Assembly (NCBI GenBank): GCA_025351405.1
Contig: JANXVZ010000027.1
Coordinates: 21,275-85,274 of the forward strand
Source of the DNA: Sphingomonadales bacterium
Lineage (GTDB): Bacteria > Pseudomonadota > Alphaproteobacteria > Sphingomonadales > Sphingomonadaceae
DNA length: 64,000 bases
Reading direction: 5' to 3'
Part shown: piece by piece, positions 9,401 through 17,654 of the stretch
Layout of the letters: each line of letters begins with the position of its first letter
Position numbering within the stretch: position 1 is the stretch's first letter
Program-made: the position numbers and the translations under genes
Notes under the pieces: model-generated
Told to the model about the DNA's origin: nothing
Databases searched by the model: none
Seen by the model: the letters and a program-made list of their open reading frames with translations, nothing else

Positions 9401-11868
9401 GCGACGGCGGTCGCGGCAGCATCTTTGGACCGGGCGGGGCGGGCCTTGGCGGTTTTGGCATCGCCGGGGCCGGCCCTGCTGCGGTCGCCGGCGGCGCCAG
9501 CGACAACCGCGGCGCCGGCCTGTCGATTTCCGCCAATGGCGTCGGCGGTGCCGGCGGCACATCGGGCACCAGCCAGTTCGGCAGCGCCCGCCTGGGCGTC
9601 GACGGCGGCACCGCCAGTTTTGGAACAGTCATGCTGGCGGCGGCTGGCGTCACCCCCGTGGCTGTCGATACCCGGTCAGGAATCGTGGCGCGCAATGGCA
9701 GCATCAGCATCGGCGCGCCGGTGCTGGAAAGCTTGCCGGGAGACTTTGCCCTGGGGGCCGACAACGCCCGGATCGATGTCACCGGCGCAATCGATATCAG
9801 CGCCGGTGCGAGCATCCTCGCCAATTTCGATGGCGCGGCCGTTGCAACGCCCGGCGTCATCAGCGCCGACGCGATCGTGCTGCGCGCGCCCATCGGCATC
9901 GACACGCTGGCCGGCCTGGTGTCGGCGAGCACCATCGCGCTTTCTTCCGCCGGCGCCATCCGCGTCGGTGACCTGGCGGCGCTGGCTGGCATCGACGCGC
10001 AAGCCGGGGGCACGCTGATGACCGGCAATGTTGATGGCGGTGCGCTGGTGACATTGCTCGCCGGCACGGGAGTCATCGTCGGCAACGTTCGGGGCGAGAC
10101 AGACATCAGTATCGTCGGCGGCAGCGATGTCACCACGGGCATTGTCAGTGCCGGCGATTCCATCCGCATCGCGGCCGGCAGCGATGGCCGTGTTCGTACG
10201 GCGGCGCTCGTTGCCGGCCTGCTGCGGCCATCGCGAGACCCGGCAGCAGGCTATCAAATCGGCATCAGCGGCGATGGAGGGGTGAGCATAGGGGATGTTT
10301 CCGCGCTCGGAACGGTTGCATTGCAATCGATCGGGGGTGACATCGACGCCGGCACGGTCACGACCCGGCGCTCGGTCGTCGCGCTCGCTGCTGGCAACGT
10401 CGGCCTTGGCGGCGTCACCACCGGGGCAGGCGAAACGCTCTACATCGCCAACGCCGACAGCACGGCGCAACTGCCGGGGTTTGCTGCCGATCCGCTTGGG
10501 CCGCCGGCGGGATTTGATTTTGCGCGGCTGTTCGCGCTGGCGCCGGTGCGCGTCGGCGGCGGGATCAGCCTCGCCGGCCCGGTCAGCACCGGCACACTGG
10601 CGGCCGCGGCGGCGGCAGGGTTCGCCGCCGCAGGCAGCATTGCCGCCAGCCAGCGCATCGGCATCGACAGTGGCGGCGTCGCCGCCTTTGGCGGACGTGC
10701 CACCGCGCCGTTGGTCGCACTGCGTTCCCTGGATATTGCCATCGGCAACAATGGCGGCATCGGCGACGCGGCGACATCACGGATCAGCCTTGGCGTCGAC
10801 CCGGCGGCAAACGCGATCCGGCTGGGCGGTACGCTGTCGGCGGGCGAGGGCGGTGCGTGGCAACTCGACGCCAGCGAGATCGCCAGCCTGCGTGCCGATC
10901 AGATCGACATCGATGTGCTGGGGCAGGCACCGCAGGTTGTCATGGTCGATGCCTTTGCCCTTGTCGGTACGGCCGACGCCGCCGTTGGCAACGCCAATTT
11001 CGCGGTGCGGACGCCGGGCGCGATCGCGGTGACCGGTGCCGTGACCGCCAGCAGCCTCGCCGCCACCGATACCCTGCTGCTGCAGGCCGGCCAGCGTCTG
11101 ACCGTCGTCACCGACAGCGGCGGCGCGCTTAGGTTGAACGGCGCGGGCGCGCCCGATACGGCGGGTTCGGTCGCCGGGGTGCTGGACCTGCGCGCCGACC
11201 AGATCTGGGTCGGCACGGCCGCATTGCTGGACCAACTGGCAGCGGATCCGGCCTTTGCCGGGCGCGACTTGGCACTGGGTGCGACCCCTGCGCAAGCCGA
11301 TATCGCCGGCGCGATCGGTGGCGGCACGTTGCGCATCAGCAGCAGCGGCAGCGTCCTTATCCAGAACAGCGGCAATGTCTTCCAGCGCGCCGGCTTCAGC
11401 GTCGGTAGCATGACGATTACCGCCACAGCCAATGCGGCTGGCAGCGCGGCCGGCTCCGGCCTCACCGATGTCGTCATCAACGGCCGGGCCTTTGGTACGA
11501 CCGGCGTGCTCATCAACCAGCACACCATCGACCAGATCGCCTTCGCCCCGGCGCTGGCGAGCTACACCCCGACATCGAGTGTCAATGGCTGCATCATCGG
11601 CGCCACCTGCATTCTTTATGACACCGGATTGTTCCGCTCCATCGCCAACATTTCGCCCAACATCCGCGAATTGACCGAAGCCCGGCAGCAGGCTCGCGAC
11701 CGCGCCCGGGACAGCGCCGAGCGATTCCCGCAATTGCGTATCGACAAGCTGATCGATGCGCATGCCGTCACCAGCGAGCCGCCTATCGACGAGCCGATCA
11801 CCAGCGGGGCGAATTCCAGCCTGTGGCTCGGTAGCGCCCCCACATCGGTCGAGGGAGCGCCGAAATGA
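6463..11868 (+). CDS. Large exported filamentous-haemagglutinin-like adhesin (TpsA), about 1801 aa, Gly/Ala-rich beta-helix
   Basis: TGATG overlap with tpsB and GGAGG RBS at 6450. Sec signal MRASRRFAGASLVAIAALLAAQPLYA; TPS-domain-like INWTP...VLNRI...FYAPGGILVGANARFNVGSLLLT; recurring GGNATGG-type repeats. Confidence 0.88.
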   Translation: MRASRRFAGASLVAIAALLAAQPLYAQAFQGAPVTSLGSVFINRATPGVDNIAVLGPLATINWTPTDTGIGGGAINFLPSGSTVNFASARGAPYTVLNRIIAVDPGRVIAFNGAVNSDGIGAIWFYAPGGILVGANARFNVGSLLLTANDPRTDANGGFLPGGNSFSLAAAAGSTAGVTIAAGAQINAARAGSYVIAVAPTVTQAGAITVNGSAALVAANSVDFTLNAGLFDITVTAGTDAGGTAISHTGITTGAAGTASGPHRAYLVAVPRNDAITLFVGGAGSQLGFDIAGAADVAGNAIILSAGHNVSGDTIVSQAVNGVRSDLTIEQGSYTSNLTGVSTGDTVAASLSGNTSFAAGLDLTGVSSAQVGGRNGFVLSVVGDTRISTDARNASGFGGASRTGGQSLLFAEAGGSISIGGGVTLSADGVGDDNFNGIDAGGTGTGGIASVFTKSGGSIAIVGDATVNARGTGGNDDGPGGGSGVGGSALMSAGGAGSLRIGGSATADATGFGGNYVGEFSVTAPPTGSGGQASIDAGDSTLVIGGGITILAEGQGNSFDTFAGGGNAFGGTAALSVGNGTLAAAQDIVVSAQARGSGRRSDGNGGNATGGTAQISASGPGSITSTGSFVSVDAQGLAGPGDTNLGGTGGVGGVGGIGSGGLAQIAAVGGNLQFLASDADLRVDASGSGSSGNTGSAGFGGTASIEAQGGGTIRIDARVTVAATATGGDSQAFGTGGNATAGSAIVQTAAGSAASLQFIDTLAIDATAIGGNGGGALASDGGNATGGQVQLRALSGSVNVAGGAALYAEARGGGAGVGASGLGGGRGGAAQGGVVAVAGSGGILQLASGLDIFANASGGQTLAGDGGSGAGGSARIVADAAGDVLVAGAVNGKASGFGAAGGGLGNGGAGTGGLVQVRANDGTIGLGDALQLTAAGVGGGGGGAGGAGGSGVGGNAASIVDGGSMAVAGVVMLDVNGTGGDGGRGSIFGPGGAGLGGFGIAGAGPAAVAGGASDNRGAGLSISANGVGGAGGTSGTSQFGSARLGVDGGTASFGTVMLAAAGVTPVAVDTRSGIVARNGSISIGAPVLESLPGDFALGADNARIDVTGAIDISAGASILANFDGAAVATPGVISADAIVLRAPIGIDTLAGLVSASTIALSSAGAIRVGDLAALAGIDAQAGGTLMTGNVDGGALVTLLAGTGVIVGNVRGETDISIVGGSDVTTGIVSAGDSIRIAAGSDGRVRTAALVAGLLRPSRDPAAGYQIGISGDGGVSIGDVSALGTVALQSIGGDIDAGTVTTRRSVVALAAGNVGLGGVTTGAGETLYIANADSTAQLPGFAADPLGPPAGFDFARLFALAPVRVGGGISLAGPVSTGTLAAAAAAGFAAAGSIAASQRIGIDSGGVAAFGGRATAPLVALRSLDIAIGNNGGIGDAATSRISLGVDPAANAIRLGGTLSAGEGGAWQLDASEIASLRADQIDIDVLGQAPQVVMVDAFALVGTADAAVGNANFAVRTPGAIAVTGAVTASSLAATDTLLLQAGQRLTVVTDSGGALRLNGAGAPDTAGSVAGVLDLRADQIWVGTAALLDQLAADPAFAGRDLALGATPAQADIAGAIGGGTLRISSSGSVLIQNSGNVFQRAGFSVGSMTITATANAAGSAAGSGLTDVVINGRAFGTTGVLINQHTIDQIAFAPALASYTPTSSVNGCIIGATCILYDTGLFRSIANISPNIRELTEARQQARDRARDSAERFPQLRIDKLIDAHAVTSEPPIDEPITSGANSSLWLGSAPTSVEGAPK

Positions 11869-14800
11869 GGATTTGCGCGCTTCTCCGATTGGCCGTGCCA
11901 ATGGTTTCGGCATTGGCGGCTCCGGTTGCCGCCCAAGGGCTCAAGCTTGCGGACAGCTTTCGCGTCGGCACGGGCGGCGTGCTGTGCACGGCGCAATCGG
12001 TGGTCAATGATGGTGTGCTGGTCGGGATGTTCGACCGTGGCTACACCATCGTCTGCCGGGATGCCGCGACCCCCGTCGGCAAGTTGTTCGTGCTGCGGGC
12101 CGGCGGCGTCGACCCCGCCCTCCGGCTGTTGACGGCGCGCAAGGACGACATCAGTTGCGCCTCGCCTGCAATCGTCACGATACCGGGCATGACGGGCGTT
12201 ACCCGCGCCGAATGCCGGTCCGGGGCCCTGGCCTATGCCGTCTATCTGCACCGTGTCGGCAATAGTGTTTATGCTGCCGAGGGCCTGGCCGGCTACGGAT
12301 CGGCGTTGCGGCTCGGGCTGCGTTCGCTTGTCGCGGACACCGTGGTGCCCGGTGATGTAGAAGTTGCCGCGACAGAGGCTGGCGATCCGGCGGCGTTCGC
12401 ACGCGTGCAGGCGGGCAGCCTCGACCCCGGCCAGGCGCTGGCGGAGGGCTACAGCCGCAACAACGCCGCCAACTATGCCGAATCCGCTGCCTTTTTCGAT
12501 ACATTGGCGCAGCGCAGCCGTGAAGGCAGTGCCGGTTTTGACCGTACCGCGGAATATCTCGCCAACCAGGCACTGCAACAGTCCAACCTCGGCAATTTCG
12601 CGGAGGCCGATGCGCTGTTCGCCCGCGCCGAATCTGCTGCCGATCCCGCCGACCCGCAGATGTTCCGGATGCTGCGCAACTATCGCGGCATGCACGCCCT
12701 CAACCGCGGTGATGCCGATGCAGCGCTGGTGCAACTGCGGCGAACCCGTATCGAGAGTGACCCGGGGCAGGACCGGGAGCGCCTGCGCGGCGGTTTCATC
12801 GATGTGCCCATTGCCCAGAAGCTCAACAGTGGCGATGCCGCCCTCGCCCGGCTCAGCGGTGTCGATATCCGGCTGACCGACGCCGAACGGATCGCCATCT
12901 ACAACGCACAGGGCCAGTACCTGCAGGGTATCGTGCTGAGGGACCAAGGCCATGATGGCGAAAGCCGGACAGCGCTGGCGAGCGCGATTGCGCAGCTCGA
13001 CCGGGTGCGGAATGGCCGGGTGCTCAGTGTTGCCTGGTTGAAGGCGGCCGCCTTTGCCGAACTGTCGGCCCTTGCCGAGCGCGGTGGCCGGGCGACCGAG
13101 GCGCTGAAGGCGCTGGAGCAGGCGGTGTTGCTGTTGCAGGCCGAATATCCGGAATCGGCAGCGCTGCTGGCAGCCAAGGCGCGCCTCGCGGCGCTGCTGG
13201 CGCGGCAGGGCAATGTCGATGCCGCGCAGGCGCTGTTCCGCGAGGTGGTGCGTGCCAGCCCGGCGACACCGGGGGCAGGGCCGGCGGTACGGATGCTGTT
13301 CGCGCCCTATTTCGCCCTGCTTGTCGACCGCGCAACGGCGGCGTCGCCATCGGCGGCGGCGGACTTTTTCGATGCCAGCCAGATCCTCGCGCGGCCCGGC
13401 GTGGCGCAGACGCAGGCCGTGCTGGCGCGCGAGCTTTCGGGCGGACATGACGCCGCCGCCGGGCTGTTTCGCCAGTCAATCACCCTGTCGCGCGACATCG
13501 TGCGGAGCGAAGTGGACATTGCCCGGCTGGCGGCGAAGCCGTCGCTCACCACCGACGAGGCCGCCGACCTCGTCGGCGCGCGCGCCTCGCGTGAGCGACT
13601 GGGTCGGGACCAGACGGCAATCCTGGCGCGGTTGTCGGAATATCCGCGTTTCCGTGTGCTTTCCAATGCCAGCGTCGGGCTTGCCGACTTGCAGGGCAGG
13701 CTGCGTCCCGGCGAGGCCTATTACAAACTCGTGCTGATCGGGGACGCCGCTTATGGCCTGCTGGTTTCCGCCGACCGCGCGCAGGTCTTCCGCGTCGGCG
13801 CCACCGGCGCTGCCATCGGTACGATGGTGGCGAGTTTGCGCGATACCATCGTCACCATCGAGAATGGCCGCCCCGCCACCTATCCATTCGATGCCGTGAC
13901 CGCGCGCAAGCTTTACCTGGCGCTGTTTGGCCCGGTCGATGGCACCATGGCAAGCGTGCATCACCTGATCTTCGAACCCGATGGGGCATTGCTGCAGTTG
14001 CCGGTCAACCTGCTCATCGCCAGCGACGATGGCATGGCGGCCTATGCGGCCCGCCTCGCCGACACCAATGCCGACGCCTTTGACATGCGCGGCATCGTCT
14101 GGCTGGGACGCGACCGCATCGTTTCGACAGCGGTATCGCCGCGCAGCTTCCTCGACAACCGCGCCATCCCGGCGTCGAAGGCGCCGCGCAGTTACCTCGG
14201 CCTCGGCCAGAACGCCCCGCCATCAGCCGCCGTGGCCAAGGCTCCGCGCGACACTTGCGATTGGCCGCTGTTCAACTGGAACAACCCGATCCAGCCCGCC
14301 GAATTGCGCATCGGCGCAGCGATGGTCGGCGGCGGCACTGCGGATGTCGTCACCGGGGCTGCCTTCACCGATACGGGGCTGGCGGCGCGCGGTGACCTCG
14401 ACCGCTTCCGCATCCTGCATTTCGCCACCCACGGCCTCGTTACGGCTCCACGCCCGGAATGTCCGGCCCGCCCGGCGCTGTTGACGTCGTTCGGCCACGC
14501 CACGTCTGATGGCTTGCTCTCGTTCCGCGAGATATTCGATTTGAAGCTCGACGCCGATACCGTCATCCTTTCGGCTTGCGACACCGCTGGCACCGCCACT
14601 GCCGCCGCCACCCGCGAAGCCGGCATCGCCACCGGCGGCAACTACGCCCTCGATGGCCTTGTACGCGCCTTCGTCGGCGCCGGCGCCCGCACCGTCATCG
14701 CCAGCCACTGGCCGGTACCCGATGGATATGACGCGACCAAGACACTGATTACCGGGCTGTTCGCCGATGAAGGCGGCATTAGTGTCGGCGAAGCGTTGCG

Positions 14801-14906
14801 CGTTTCGGAAGTGCGGATGATGGACCGTGCCGAAACCTCGCACCCCTATTACTGGTCGGGTTTTGCCATCATCGGCGATGCGGCCAAACCGCTTTCGACG
14901 CGATAG
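11865..14906 (+). CDS. Exported TPR-CHAT (caspase/HetF-associated) protease
   Basis: Signal peptide, TPR-like helical middle region, and CHAT catalytic motifs ILHFATHGL (His) and VILSACDTA (Cys), plus FVGAGARTVIASHWPV and HPYYWSGF. ATGA overlap with tpsA. Confidence 0.92.
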   Translation: MRICALLRLAVPMVSALAAPVAAQGLKLADSFRVGTGGVLCTAQSVVNDGVLVGMFDRGYTIVCRDAATPVGKLFVLRAGGVDPALRLLTARKDDISCASPAIVTIPGMTGVTRAECRSGALAYAVYLHRVGNSVYAAEGLAGYGSALRLGLRSLVADTVVPGDVEVAATEAGDPAAFARVQAGSLDPGQALAEGYSRNNAANYAESAAFFDTLAQRSREGSAGFDRTAEYLANQALQQSNLGNFAEADALFARAESAADPADPQMFRMLRNYRGMHALNRGDADAALVQLRRTRIESDPGQDRERLRGGFIDVPIAQKLNSGDAALARLSGVDIRLTDAERIAIYNAQGQYLQGIVLRDQGHDGESRTALASAIAQLDRVRNGRVLSVAWLKAAAFAELSALAERGGRATEALKALEQAVLLLQAEYPESAALLAAKARLAALLARQGNVDAAQALFREVVRASPATPGAGPAVRMLFAPYFALLVDRATAASPSAAADFFDASQILARPGVAQTQAVLARELSGGHDAAAGLFRQSITLSRDIVRSEVDIARLAAKPSLTTDEAADLVGARASRERLGRDQTAILARLSEYPRFRVLSNASVGLADLQGRLRPGEAYYKLVLIGDAAYGLLVSADRAQVFRVGATGAAIGTMVASLRDTIVTIENGRPATYPFDAVTARKLYLALFGPVDGTMASVHHLIFEPDGALLQLPVNLLIASDDGMAAYAARLADTNADAFDMRGIVWLGRDRIVSTAVSPRSFLDNRAIPASKAPRSYLGLGQNAPPSAAVAKAPRDTCDWPLFNWNNPIQPAELRIGAAMVGGGTADVVTGAAFTDTGLAARGDLDRFRILHFATHGLVTAPRPECPARPALLTSFGHATSDGLLSFREIFDLKLDADTVILSACDTAGTATAAATREAGIATGGNYALDGLVRAFVGAGARTVIASHWPVPDGYDATKTLITGLFADEGGISVGEALRVSEVRMMDRAETSHPYYWSGFAIIGDAAKPLSTR

Positions 14907-14935
14907 GATGTCACACTGCAAAGCCCTGGACCGCG

Positions 14936-16960
14936 TTGTTGGCGGCGCTTGAGCTCTTGACTTCAAGATCCGGGGAACGCTCACGCCTTGGCGCCGTGCT
15001 TGCGCAGGTCGGCACCGGACGGCTGCTGCTCACCCTGGCGATGTTCGGCGCCGCCGTCCTGCTGGCGCGATTTGCCTGGGATGTGCCGATGGCGCTGACG
15101 GCGGAGCGGGCGCTTTACGATGTGCGTGCAACCCTGATGGCGCCGCAGGTGGACCAGGATGATCGTATCGTGCTGGTGGTGTTCACCGAAGATACCCTTG
15201 CAGCGACGGGCAAGCGTTCCCCCCTCGACCGGGCGTTGCTGGCGGCAGCACTGAACCACATCGATGCACTCGCACCCCGCTCCATCGGGGTCGATATCCT
15301 CCTCGACCAGGCGCAGCCCGAGGATGCAGTACTGGTGCCGGTGCTGGCTGCGATGCGGACGCCGACGTTTCTCGCCTATGCCTCCGCCAGCGACAATGCC
15401 GAGTTCATCAAGCCGTGGCAGGAAACACATCTGCGGGCGTTGCTAGCCCGGCTGGGCGCCGCGCCGGTGCGGCCCGCCACCATTCGCCTCGATGTCGATT
15501 CCGACGGCACGATGCGGAGCTGGCCCAACCCGGTCACCGCCCGGCGACCGCCACTCCTCGTCGATGCCGTGACCGGAAGCGACGCCATGCGCGGCTATCG
15601 CGGCGCGGCGCTCCAGCGCTTGCCGCGCACCCGTGAGCGGCCGGTGTTCAGCGTGTTGCCGATCGACCTGTTCGGCGATGCCGACGCCGCAGCGGCACTG
15701 TCCGACCAGATCAAGGGGCGTATTGTCCTCGTCGGCGCCGATCTCGCCGATGCCGATCGCTTTTCGACGCCGGCGACGCGTGTCACCGGCAACAGCGTAC
15801 CGGGGGTGGAACTGCATGCAGCGCTGATCGCCCAGGCGCTCGACAGCCGGCAACCGCAAGTCGTTTCAAGGGGGGTGTTATGGCTTTTGGCACTGGCGGC
15901 AGTAGCGGGCGGTGCGCTGACTGGGGGACTCGACCTGCGGGCGCGCTTCGTGGTGCCGTTGGCGCTGTTGCAGGTCATGGCCATCATCGCGCTGCCCTTC
16001 GGGCTCCAGCATCATGGCGACTTCGACACGCTCGGCTACCCGGCTGTCGGCCATGCCGGCGGCTGGCTGCTGGCCCTGCTGGCGGCGAGCACCACGGCGC
16101 GGCTGGTCGGGGCCGAACAGCGCCATTTTGCCCAGAGCGCGCTCGGCAGATATCTGCCGCGTGACGTGGCGCAGACCATCCTGCGCGATCCCGGCAAGCT
16201 GGCGCTGCACGGCGAGCGCCGCGACATCGTTGCACTGTTCACCGATATCGAAGGCTTCACCAGCCTGTGCCAGTCGTTGCCGCCGGAAACTGTCGCGACC
16301 TTGCTCAATGAATATCTCGAAACCATGAGCGCCATCATACTTGCGCATGGCGGCACCATCGACAAGTTCGTCGGCGATGCCGTTGTCGCCTTCTGGGGTG
16401 CGCCGATCGCGCGGCCGGACGATGGCGACCGCGCTGTCGCCGCCGCAATCGCCCTGGGTGCCGCGGGCGCCCGGCTGGCACGGCCGGTGCCGGATCGGGT
16501 CTCGATCGGGCGCACGCGGGTCGGCCTGCACCGCGGCGAGGCGGTGGTCGGCAATTTTGGCGGTGAGGGTCGCATCCAGTATACAGCGCTCGGCGACAGC
16601 ATGAATGTCGCGGCACGACTCGAAGGCGCCAACAAGCAGTTGAAGACCGGTGTTCTCGTCAGCAGCGAGGCAGCCACAGGTGTTTCCAGCGCACGGTTCC
16701 GGCCGATGGGACGGGTGCGGGTCCGTGGCCGGGCGCGGCCGATCGACCTGTACGAGCCGTTGCCCGGCGGTGTTGATGCGGACATGGCTGCCGCCGCCCT
16801 GGAATTGGGCGTATTGTATCGACGTTTCGACGGTGGCGACGCCGGCGCATTGGCGGCGCTCAGGGCAATGTCGGCGGCGTCGCCGGGCGATGTCGCCCTG
16901 GCAGGATTTGTTGGCCGCCTGGAAGCGGTTGGACCGGGAGGGTGCTATGATCTCGATTAG
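14936..16960 (+). CDS. CHASE2-sensor class III adenylate/guanylate cyclase (likely adenylate cyclase)
   Basis: N-terminal TM, CHASE2 motifs (RIVLVVF, SPLDRALLA, IGVDILLDQ, PGVELHA), three TMs, then cyclase motifs LFTDIEGFT, DKFVGDAVVAFWGAP and YTALGDSMNVAARLEG. Lys/Thr specificity residues are of the ATP type. Confidence 0.92.
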   Translation: MLAALELLTSRSGERSRLGAVLAQVGTGRLLLTLAMFGAAVLLARFAWDVPMALTAERALYDVRATLMAPQVDQDDRIVLVVFTEDTLAATGKRSPLDRALLAAALNHIDALAPRSIGVDILLDQAQPEDAVLVPVLAAMRTPTFLAYASASDNAEFIKPWQETHLRALLARLGAAPVRPATIRLDVDSDGTMRSWPNPVTARRPPLLVDAVTGSDAMRGYRGAALQRLPRTRERPVFSVLPIDLFGDADAAAALSDQIKGRIVLVGADLADADRFSTPATRVTGNSVPGVELHAALIAQALDSRQPQVVSRGVLWLLALAAVAGGALTGGLDLRARFVVPLALLQVMAIIALPFGLQHHGDFDTLGYPAVGHAGGWLLALLAASTTARLVGAEQRHFAQSALGRYLPRDVAQTILRDPGKLALHGERRDIVALFTDIEGFTSLCQSLPPETVATLLNEYLETMSAIILAHGGTIDKFVGDAVVAFWGAPIARPDDGDRAVAAAIALGAAGARLARPVPDRVSIGRTRVGLHRGEAVVGNFGGEGRIQYTALGDSMNVAARLEGANKQLKTGVLVSSEAATGVSSARFRPMGRVRVRGRARPIDLYEPLPGGVDADMAAAALELGVLYRRFDGGDAGALAALRAMSAASPGDVALAGFVGRLEAVGPGGCYDLD

Positions 16961-17654
16961 GCTGGCGGCGTGCGGGATGTTTTTCACCGCGGTGGCGGCC
17001 GCTGCCGGCCCATTGGTCATTCGTGCCAGCGGGCCCTCGGCGGCGGCGTTCAAGGCCGGTCAGCGTATCGCTGGTGATGGCCCGGTGATGCTGAAGGCGG
17101 GTGACCAGCTTGTCGTCCTCGATGCCAGGGGTACGCGCAGCCTGGCGGGACCGGGCAGCTTTCGTTTCGATGCCGCGGCGACGGCCGGCAGCCCGCAGGG
17201 CATAACCTCGCTTTTGACACAGACGGGAGAACGCCGGGCACGCATCGGCGCGGTGCGCGGTTTCACCCTCGATCCGGCGACGCGGCCCGTGCCGCCGGGG
17301 ATCTGGGCGATCGATGTCGGCAACAGTGCCACGGTCTGCGCGCTCGATCCGGCGCGGGTGTCGCTGTGGCGCGCCGATACCGCGGCCGCTGCGGCCGTCC
17401 CGGTAACGCGCGGTGACGGCAAGACCGGCACTGCCGAATTTGCCGGCGGTCAATCGGTTGCGCCGTGGCCGAGCGGCGCCGCAATCAATGGCGGCGGTCG
17501 CTACACCGTCGGCACCGGGCCAAAGGCGACGACGTTGCTGGTAAAGCTCATCCGCCCGGCGCCCGCGACCATCGAGGAACTGGCGGCGGCGTTCATCGCC
17601 AACGGTTGCCAGTCGCAGCTCGATCGCATGGTCAGGGTGACGGCGGCGAAGTAG
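16947..17654 (+). CDS. Exported hypothetical protein, last gene of the TPS-CHAT-cyclase operon
   Basis: ATG 16947 overlaps the cyclase 3' end, preceded by GGAGGG. Signal-peptide-like MISIRLAACGMFFTAVAAAA followed by a beta-rich domain. ORF-track start 16650 lies deep inside the cyclase gene. Confidence 0.7.
   Translation: MISIRLAACGMFFTAVAAAAGPLVIRASGPSAAAFKAGQRIAGDGPVMLKAGDQLVVLDARGTRSLAGPGSFRFDAAATAGSPQGITSLLTQTGERRARIGAVRGFTLDPATRPVPPGIWAIDVGNSATVCALDPARVSLWRADTAAAAAVPVTRGDGKTGTAEFAGGQSVAPWPSGAAINGGGRYTVGTGPKATTLLVKLIRPAPATIEELAAAFIANGCQSQLDRMVRVTAAK

Noticed and set aside
11616-13448. Long antisense or alternative-frame ORFs here and at 18638-21172, 27682-29505, 29939-31921, 35898-37865, 46853-48571, 48728-50521, 55353-57056 and 59140-60834
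   Set aside because: They shadow well-supported genes on the other strand or frame and carry no recognisable motifs; such ORFs are expected in high-GC DNA.
11865-14906. TPR-CHAT as a CRISPR type III-E Craspase component
   Set aside because: No cas genes or CRISPR array in the window, and the protein has a secretion signal and is coupled to a TPS operon.
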